DNA of 64,000 nucleotides from Spirochaetia bacterium. Lineage in GTDB: Bacteria > Spirochaetota > Spirochaetia > DSM-2461. The stretch spans positions 800,001 to 864,000 of the forward strand of contig OY764216.1 of the NCBI GenBank assembly GCA_963668315.1, read 5' to 3'. This document shows positions 57,816 through 64,000 of the stretch, one piece after another (positions within the stretch are counted from its first letter, which is position 1; every line of letters starts with the position of its first letter). A model generated the notes under the pieces. That model worked only from the letters and a program-made list of their open reading frames with translations. It ran no database searches and was not told where the DNA came from. The position numbers were made by a program, and so were the translations under genes.

Positions 57816-60314
57816 ATGAAGAATCTATTAATGCTTTTGCTTGTCATGCTTTTACTCGTCTTTTTAACCGGATGTCCGGATATTTCCAGCCATTCTGAGG
57901 ATAACCCTTCGCAGAATGAGGTTAAATATTACACCCTGGCAGTGGATTGTCAGCAGGGAAGCGGTACCGGAGCAGTGCTCATTAATCCGCTTCCAGGGGA
58001 TAAGGGATATGAGGAAGGCACGGTTGTTACTCTAACGGCTCAACCAGAACAAGGCTCTTCCTTTCTCAGCTGGAGCGGAGTCACCACGTCTCTGGGAGAT
58101 GTCGCTACCGTTACCATGGACTCGGATAAATCTGTGGAATGTACATTCGTACCCGGAACGACATATTCTCTTTCTCTTATCTCCGATCTACCCGGAGGGG
58201 CTACTTTTTCGGAATCTTCCCTATCCTATCATCTTGAAAATGAATCGGTTATTGTCTTCGTCTATCCTTCCCAATACTACAGTTTCCATTCATGGTCCGA
58301 CGGGAATACGGATAATCCGAGAACAATTGTGATGGACAGTGATAAGACTTTAACCGTAAATCTGGACTGCACTCTCCCCGAATGGACCGTGATAGCCCAT
58401 TTTGCCATTGATAATAATATTGATTATGATTTTGAGAAAGAAGTCGGAATCATGGCGGATTACCTTGGTACACTGGAAGAAGTGAAGGCTCTGGATTCGG
58501 ATGATAACATAAATATAATCGTCTATATGGATGGATGCCAGACGTATGATGGGTATGAATCTCCCTATGACGACGGTTATTATGTGCTGACGGGAGGAGC
58601 GTTCAAAGATGACAGGCTTGTTGCTGTCGATGAGGTAAATTCGGGAAGCCTGGGCGAAACAGAAGATATGCTGAAGTGGGTCGTGAATAACTATCCCGGT
58701 CAGCATTACCTTTACAGTATTTTCAATCACGGTGGCGGATTTGATGACCTGAATTCATCTGGAACATACGGTGACAGGGGTATAGGATTTGACGATAGTG
58801 ATAATGACTCATTATCCCATAAGGAACTGGGACAGGCGGTGGCTTACCTTAAGAGTCTGATTGGCCGTAACGTCGATCTCTTCTATCCCTATGCCTGTCT
58901 CATGGGAGGGGTTGAAATGGCCTATGAAGTTCGAAACTCCGCCGATTACATACTTTTCAGTGAAGAAGTTTTTCCTGCTGAGAAGTGGTCCTACGAAGCA
59001 TTGGAGGAGATTATTGATAATCCTTCCATCGATGGGGAAACTCTCGGTTCCGCCTTTTGCGATAGTGCCTATGATTACTTCAATAATACCACATGGAGGG
59101 ATTTTACCCTTTCTCTTGTTGATCTTTCGGAAATTGACGCTTTGGTAGAGTCCCTGGATGATCTGGCTCTGGCTGCCATAGCGGATATCAACAGCGACAG
59201 CAGCGTTGCTGCAGCATATAACAGCGCCTCATCTTTCACTCTGTCCATGGATACCAACTATTACCATGATATCCTCTCCTATATGAATGCGCTCACTGCT
59301 GAGGGCAGTATATCGGCGGAGGTAAAAAACAGGGCAAATGGTGTTATTGCCAATCTGAATAATGCGGTCGCTGCTTTTAGCGAAAACAATTACAGTGATG
59401 CGGGAGGTATCTCCATTTTAAATTACCAGTGGTATTATAAAAACTATCCCTCTTCCCTTTATGAAGACATCCTTCAATTCGGCCAAGACACATCATGGGC
59501 GGATTTTCAGGATCTTATCGCTTCGTTCAAGGTAGAGATAGCGCCGGATGACTATGAAACGGATCATGACCCGGAAGGATATTCTTTGGCGATGGCTAAG
59601 ACATTGACTGTCGGAACTACTCCTCAACATCATAGCTTTCATGAAAATGATCCCTACGATGTTGTGAAAGGCTATCTGGAAGGTGGGAAGGGATATATGG
59701 TTACCATAGGAGATTCTGATGACCGCCCGGACATCGCCCCGTTGGCCTCTCCCGATCTGGTCTTTTTTGATAGTTATGGTAACTACTTGGGTTATTCCAG
59801 TAGATCGTTGTTGTTTACCTGTCCGACGAGCGGCATCTACTACATAATTATTGATAATTATTATGAACAGGAGACCTGTTATACCCTATCCTGTGCGGAA
59901 TATGATTTTTCTTCCGATTCCTATGAACCGGATGATACAATTGCAGATGCGACCCCCATAGGGACAGGTGAGACGCAGAATCATACGATACATGATTCGG
60001 ATGATGTAGACTATCTTTCCTTTACTACGACGGAAGGGGAAGATTATACCATCTCCATACCTGATGAAGGATACGAGGTGGCAGATATGTATCTTTTTGA
60101 TGCGGATAATTTGTCTAGTAATATCGGCTACGGCTATGAGGGAGAGAATATCAATCTTTCCGATGCGGATGGTGGTACTTATTATATTAAAGTTGAATGT
60201 TATGATGTTGGCAAGTACAGCGTAAGTCTTAATACTGGTACATTTTATTCCGAAAAGAGTTTATCCCGCCGGGAAAGGCATGCCGCGCGGCTGCAATGGG
60301 ATCTTGAGCTGTGA
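57816..60314 (+). CDS. Clostripain-family (C11) cysteine peptidase lipoprotein with N-terminal InlB-B-like repeats and C-terminal PPC-like domains
   Basis: LTGC lipobox; VTLTA.P..G..F.SW.G repeats; WTV......DN, NHGGG (His), ACLMG (Cys), SEE; D.YE..D repeats. Confidence 0.85.
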   Translation: MKNLLMLLLVMLLLVFLTGCPDISSHSEDNPSQNEVKYYTLAVDCQQGSGTGAVLINPLPGDKGYEEGTVVTLTAQPEQGSSFLSWSGVTTSLGDVATVTMDSDKSVECTFVPGTTYSLSLISDLPGGATFSESSLSYHLENESVIVFVYPSQYYSFHSWSDGNTDNPRTIVMDSDKTLTVNLDCTLPEWTVIAHFAIDNNIDYDFEKEVGIMADYLGTLEEVKALDSDDNINIIVYMDGCQTYDGYESPYDDGYYVLTGGAFKDDRLVAVDEVNSGSLGETEDMLKWVVNNYPGQHYLYSIFNHGGGFDDLNSSGTYGDRGIGFDDSDNDSLSHKELGQAVAYLKSLIGRNVDLFYPYACLMGGVEMAYEVRNSADYILFSEEVFPAEKWSYEALEEIIDNPSIDGETLGSAFCDSAYDYFNNTTWRDFTLSLVDLSEIDALVESLDDLALAAIADINSDSSVAAAYNSASSFTLSMDTNYYHDILSYMNALTAEGSISAEVKNRANGVIANLNNAVAAFSENNYSDAGGISILNYQWYYKNYPSSLYEDILQFGQDTSWADFQDLIASFKVEIAPDDYETDHDPEGYSLAMAKTLTVGTTPQHHSFHENDPYDVVKGYLEGGKGYMVTIGDSDDRPDIAPLASPDLVFFDSYGNYLGYSSRSLLFTCPTSGIYYIIIDNYYEQETCYTLSCAEYDFSSDSYEPDDTIADATPIGTGETQNHTIHDSDDVDYLSFTTTEGEDYTISIPDEGYEVADMYLFDADNLSSNIGYGYEGENINLSDADGGTYYIKVECYDVGKYSVSLNTGTFYSEKSLSRRERHAARLQWDLEL

Positions 60315-60706
60315 TTGATATAGCAAAAAGGATTCTTTCCTGCTTTGTATTTCTCTTGTTTCTCTTTTCCTGTTTTTCCTCCCCCCGGGGAGGAGATAGT
60401 CAGGATGCGACCATAGCGGCAACGGACAATGATGCGGATTATACTGTTCTTGAGGGCTTCATTTTGCTTGTAAAAGATAAGGAGGGGACATTAAGCGAGA
60501 ATTCCTATTATGTCCTTTCCGATAGCGGCTCTGTCAACCGCGGCGGAATTCTTCTGTTTCAAGAGACTTCGGGCAGATCTCGCGGATTTGATCAATATAT
60601 AGGCTTAAAAGTGAAACTCGAAGGTTACTATGGTAGAGGCCAGTCCGGGTGGAAGGGACTGGAGGGCAGGGGATTTGTCGTCAGGACGATTTCCCTCTAT
60701 GAATAG
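60311..60706 (+). CDS. Small hypothetical lipoprotein
   Basis: LFSC lipobox; GTGA overlap with peptidase stop. Confidence 0.65.
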   Translation: MIDIAKRILSCFVFLLFLFSCFSSPRGGDSQDATIAATDNDADYTVLEGFILLVKDKEGTLSENSYYVLSDSGSVNRGGILLFQETSGRSRGFDQYIGLKVKLEGYYGRGQSGWKGLEGRGFVVRTISLYE

Positions 60707-60724
60707 ATAGTCTTTCCCAATCAC

Positions 60725-60749
60725 CCCCTGCAGTGAAATACCGCAGGGG
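60725..60749. terminator. Hairpin between convergent genes
   Basis: CCCCTGC...GCAGGGG. Confidence 0.45.
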
Positions 60750-60796
60750 AGGGATCTGCTCTTTTTGCATGATTAAGCCTTTTCCTCTCTTAGGGG

Positions 60797-60843
60797 ACGG
60801 GAATTGTCAATCTACGGGAAGGATCTTCTCTATGTGCCTGACC
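60797..60843. repeat. 47-bp direct repeat, right copy (in gpx 3' end)
   Basis: Identical to 57616-57662; covers VRHIEKILPVD, the stop and 10 bp downstream. Confidence 0.95.
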
Positions 60844-61292
60844 AGCTTCTCCGGTTTGACCGTCGGGGCGAACCGTTTTACCGGCTTACCTTCCCTGTCT
60901 ATAAGGAATTTCGTGAAATTCCATTTGATTTTGTCCCCGCCGAATCCCTTGAGTTCGCTTCTCAGGTATTTGAAGAGGGGGTGGGCCGAATCGCCGTTAA
61001 CATCAACTTTGGAAAATACGGGAAAACTGACGCCGTAATTTATCAGACAGCCTTCCGATATTGACTTGTTGTCGCCCGGTTCCTGGTTGGCGAACTGGTT
61101 GCAGGGGAATCCCAGAATGACAAGACCCTTGTCCTTGTAGTTCCTGTAGAGTTCTTCCAGACCTTTGTATTGGGGGGTTAAGCCGCATTTGCTGGCCGTG
61201 TTGACCACAAGGACGGCTTTGCCCTTGAACTCTTCCATGGCGATTTTTTTACCCTGAAGGGTTTCCGCTTCGAACTGATAGAATGATGACAT
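60807..61292 (-). CDS. Glutathione peroxidase family protein (Cys type)
   Basis: VNTASKCG.T, GFPCNQF..QEP, IKWNFTKFL; SD AAGGAG before ATG 61292. Confidence 0.95.
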   Translation of the reverse strand: MSSFYQFEAETLQGKKIAMEEFKGKAVLVVNTASKCGLTPQYKGLEELYRNYKDKGLVILGFPCNQFANQEPGDNKSISEGCLINYGVSFPVFSKVDVNGDSAHPLFKYLRSELKGFGGDKIKWNFTKFLIDREGKPVKRFAPTVKPEKLVRHIEKILPVD

Positions 61293-61320
61293 CTTCTGCT
61301 CCTTTCTTAATGATATCATT

Positions 61321-61349
61321 AATATATATCGCGCACGATAAAATAGCAA
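61321..61349 (-). promoter_or_regulatory. gpx promoter with candidate MarR/OhrR operator
   Basis: TTGCTA-17 bp-TATATT on minus strand; TATCG-CGCA-CGATA palindrome (61327-61340) lies in the spacer. Confidence 0.55.
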
Positions 61350-61420
61350 GCGATACAAATAATAAAATTGAAAATTTATCAAAATAGAGTATACTGGTGA
61401 AATTATTTAAGGGGGATCTT

Positions 61421-61879
61421 ATGATTAAGGATACTATCAGCAACAGAAAGACCTATGAGGGACTGAAGCCGGAACTGGCAAAGGCTCTCGATTTTCTGGC
61501 AGATCTGGATAAAGACGACTTTAGCGTGAAAACGATTGAAATCGACGGACGGAATCTTTTCGTCATGCTTCAGACCTACGAAACGGAGTTTTTCAAGGAA
61601 CACCGTTATGAAAGCCACAAAAACTACCTGGATATTCAGTTTGTCCTGGATGGCTCGGAAATCATCCGTGTGGCCGATGTTTCCGACCTCTCTCTGTCCC
61701 AGGAATATAATCCCGATAAGGATATTATGTTTTACAGCGGAGAGAGCGAAGGGATCGATGTGACTCTGAAGGCGGGGGATTTTGTGGTTCTCTATCCCCA
61801 GGACGGTCATATGCCCAAACTGGCGGCGGGAACGCCGGGGACGCTTAAAAAAGCGGTCGTGAAGATCAAACTGTCTTAG
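61421..61879 (+). CDS. YhcH/YjgK/YiaL (DUF386) family protein
   Basis: ESH.NY.DIQ....G.E, Y....DI.F, P.D.H.P, KK.VVK. Confidence 0.85.
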   Translation: MIKDTISNRKTYEGLKPELAKALDFLADLDKDDFSVKTIEIDGRNLFVMLQTYETEFFKEHRYESHKNYLDIQFVLDGSEIIRVADVSDLSLSQEYNPDKDIMFYSGESEGIDVTLKAGDFVVLYPQDGHMPKLAAGTPGTLKKAVVKIKLS

Positions 61880-62588
61880 AGTGATGCGACTGGAACGCTT
61901 TCCAGTGCCGGCCTGGCTTACCCGCGGTGAACCAGGCCGCGCCGAAGGAGATCAGCGCTGTGGATTCGGCGAAAAAAAGCAGATGGATGCTGTTGAGATC
62001 GGCCTGGGTAAAGGGAAAGAACAGCCATAGAACCGGATAGGAGAGAAGAGCGGCGGACATGGCCAGGGCGCAGAGGATGTAGATGATTCGCCTTTTACCC
62101 GCCCGGCTGTCATCAATCTCCTTGTCTTCCCATTTCAGCTTCGCCCGGCGGGCAAAACAGCAGCAGAGGAAGATCAGCTGGACGAACAGGCAGATGGAGG
62201 CGATGTAGTGCAGGGCGGCGGCCGGATGTATAACGGCTTCCAGGTGCTCCCTGTTCACGACGATATCATCTGGATAACCCGTGGGGGCCAGTGCCGTTCC
62301 CAGGGCGCAGATCGCTGCGATTTTACTTATAATAGCTTCGTAATAGTATTTTCCGTTGTAGACGAAGAGAAAGAAGCCCGTAATGAAAAGAAGTCCTACG
62401 AAAATATTGCGACTTACGGTATAATAATAGGCGCTGATGGAAGAGATAATCCGTCCATGGACAAGGGTAACAAGAAAGGGCAGGAGGAAAGCGGTTAATC
62501 CGATGAGAACACGCTGTGTTTCATAGTTGTGGATCTGCTCCGTTTCCCGTGTCAGCCAGGAAAGACTCTTTTTTTTCATATTATACAC
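61866..62588 (-). CDS. Hypothetical membrane protein (DUF998-like)
   Basis: SISAYY...RN.FVG.L, A..PT, H...A, E..AL..FG..W; about 6 TM; start uncertain. Confidence 0.55.
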   Translation of the reverse strand: MYNMKKKSLSWLTRETEQIHNYETQRVLIGLTAFLLPFLVTLVHGRIISSISAYYYTVSRNIFVGLLFITGFFLFVYNGKYYYEAIISKIAAICALGTALAPTGYPDDIVVNREHLEAVIHPAAALHYIASICLFVQLIFLCCCFARRAKLKWEDKEIDDSRAGKRRIIYILCALAMSAALLSYPVLWLFFPFTQADLNSIHLLFFAESTALISFGAAWFTAGKPGRHWKAFQSHHSKTV

Positions 62589-62737
62589 ATCCTTGGCGCT
62601 GATATTTGTTATAAAAATATATCCATGATATCAGATCGTTGCCGTTGGGGAGAAGGGATAAGGACGGTTTTTTTCTCAGCTTATTGAGATTTGTCAATTT
62701 TTCGCGTGATTATAAAAAGGGGTGAATTTTTACCAGT

Positions 62738-64000
62738 ATGGAGCCAAAAGTAAAAGAACTTCTTTCTCAAAGCAGACGGCAGGTTGGAACGAATATTGAC
62801 GATGCGGTTCTCTCCGCCGTGAAAGCTGTTGAATTATCCAGAGAAATGAAGTTAACCCTTGAACTTTCCTACAGTCTAATCAGTTATGCCGACTGCCTGT
62901 CTGAAAAGGGAGAGAAGCTTTTGGTTCTGGAGTCGATCTTCGAGGCTTTATCCCTGGCCAAGGAGATAGGAGACAGATCCCTTCTCGTTTCCTGTTATTC
63001 CGCTCTGGGTTCCATCTATCTTCGCCAGGGCGATCTGGATAAGGCTTATGCGGCTTATAAGGAAGCTTCCGGTATCAGCGGGACCGATCATGGCGATAGC
63101 GATCTTTCGGAAGTTTTATTCGGCCAGGGAACCATTCTGTACTGGAAAGAGAATTACCGGCAAGCGGCCGAGTATTTTGAAAATGCCCGGCGGGAGGCCG
63201 TCAAGCACGGTAATGTTATCTATCAGCTGAAAATCCTGAATAATCTCGGCTGTTCCTATCATCATCTCAACCAGTCGGAGAAGGCCGAGGAAATTTTACG
63301 GGAGTGCATAACCCGGTGTCATGAAGAGGAATACTACTATACTCTCATCTCCTCTCTGGATGAACTGGGTGTCATCTATCACAAAAAAGGAGACGAGAGA
63401 GCCCTGTCATGCTGGCATGAAGCTCTGGAGGTCTCAAAGAACCGGGGAGATTCCCATATCAACTTCGGCCCCCTCCTTAGTCTGGCCAGGTATTATCTGG
63501 AAGAAAAAGACCGGGATAAGGCGGATTATTATCTGAATCAGGCGAAATCTCAAGCAGAAAAATCAGGCGCCTCCTACGATCTGGCAGATCTTTATAAGCT
63601 GCAGGCTTCTTTCTTTGAGACCCGGGTTGATTATAAATCGGCGTTGGATTATCAAAAGAAGTATGTGAATCTCTGGCAGAATTTACAGAAGCAGAAAGAG
63701 CTGTGGGAATTGAAAAATCGGGAATTGGAGCTGCTGTCGGAGACCAGGGACCGTATCGCCGCGCTGAGTTCCATGGGAAGAATCATCACATCCTCTCTGG
63801 ATCTGAAAACCATACTGTTCAGAAGCTACGATAATCTCAAGAAAATCCTGGACTTCTCCATATTGGGAATTGCGCGTTTCAATGAGGAAAAACAGGAAAT
63901 CTTCTATGAGCTTTTCATCGAAAAAGGGAAGAATTATCCCAGTATAACCACGTCTCTCAATGATCAGAACAGCCTGGCCGCCTGGGCCATTCGAAATGAC
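62738..64000 (+). CDS. TPR-repeat signalling protein with following GAF-like domain (3'-truncated by window)
   Basis: Not in the ORF track; open frame from ATG 62738 (MEPKVKELL...) with LG.IY...G..D.A, LNNLG.SY TPR motifs, then ITSSLDL..IL GAF-type start. Confidence 0.8.
   Translation, partial: MEPKVKELLSQSRRQVGTNIDDAVLSAVKAVELSREMKLTLELSYSLISYADCLSEKGEKLLVLESIFEALSLAKEIGDRSLLVSCYSALGSIYLRQGDLDKAYAAYKEASGISGTDHGDSDLSEVLFGQGTILYWKENYRQAAEYFENARREAVKHGNVIYQLKILNNLGCSYHHLNQSEKAEEILRECITRCHEEEYYYTLISSLDELGVIYHKKGDERALSCWHEALEVSKNRGDSHINFGPLLSLARYYLEEKDRDKADYYLNQAKSQAEKSGASYDLADLYKLQASFFETRVDYKSALDYQKKYVNLWQNLQKQKELWELKNRELELLSETRDRIAALSSMGRIITSSLDLKTILFRSYDNLKKILDFSILGIARFNEEKQEIFYELFIEKGKNYPSITTSLNDQNSLAAWAIRND

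Larger units (their letters stand above)
57616..60843. mobile_element. Integrase-free genomic islet bounded by 47-bp direct repeats
   Basis: Perfect direct repeats, AT-richer cargo, splits gpx from marR. Confidence 0.65.

Noticed and set aside
60807..61382. Selenocysteine peroxidase or the extended 191-aa start
   Set aside because: The active site is Cys (SKCG) with no in-frame TGA; SD and promoter support ATG 61292
1..64000. rRNA, tRNA, riboswitch, CRISPR array or prophage
   Set aside because: Intergenic gaps are short and none showed such signatures by eye; a covariance-model search was not possible

Overview
Bacterial chromosomal window, most likely from a free-living spirochaete (Spirochaetaceae-like; inferred from Cys-less 'ANG..' sugar-binding-protein signal peptides, FtsX/LolA-like operon and gene repertoire). 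Contents in order: the end of a very AT-rich surface-glycan cluster, glf whose last codons are replaced by an intact IS256 (8-bp target duplication), two GT2s, a PhoA/porin/CotH/DUF4956 module, LuxR plus a modular lipoprotein, a Xre-RES toxin-antitoxin pair, an ATPase-less FtsX-FtsX-LolA-like-beta-barrel-GT2 operon, two signalling clusters, three carbohydrate-use loci (heparinase II/III-like, GH36, GH78), assorted housekeeping genes, and a gpx-marR unit split by a 3.1-kb integrase-free clostripain islet bounded by perfect 47-bp direct repeats. At least eight genes look leaderless. No rRNA, tRNA or CRISPR array was seen. All family calls come from motif recognition by eye, not from database searches.
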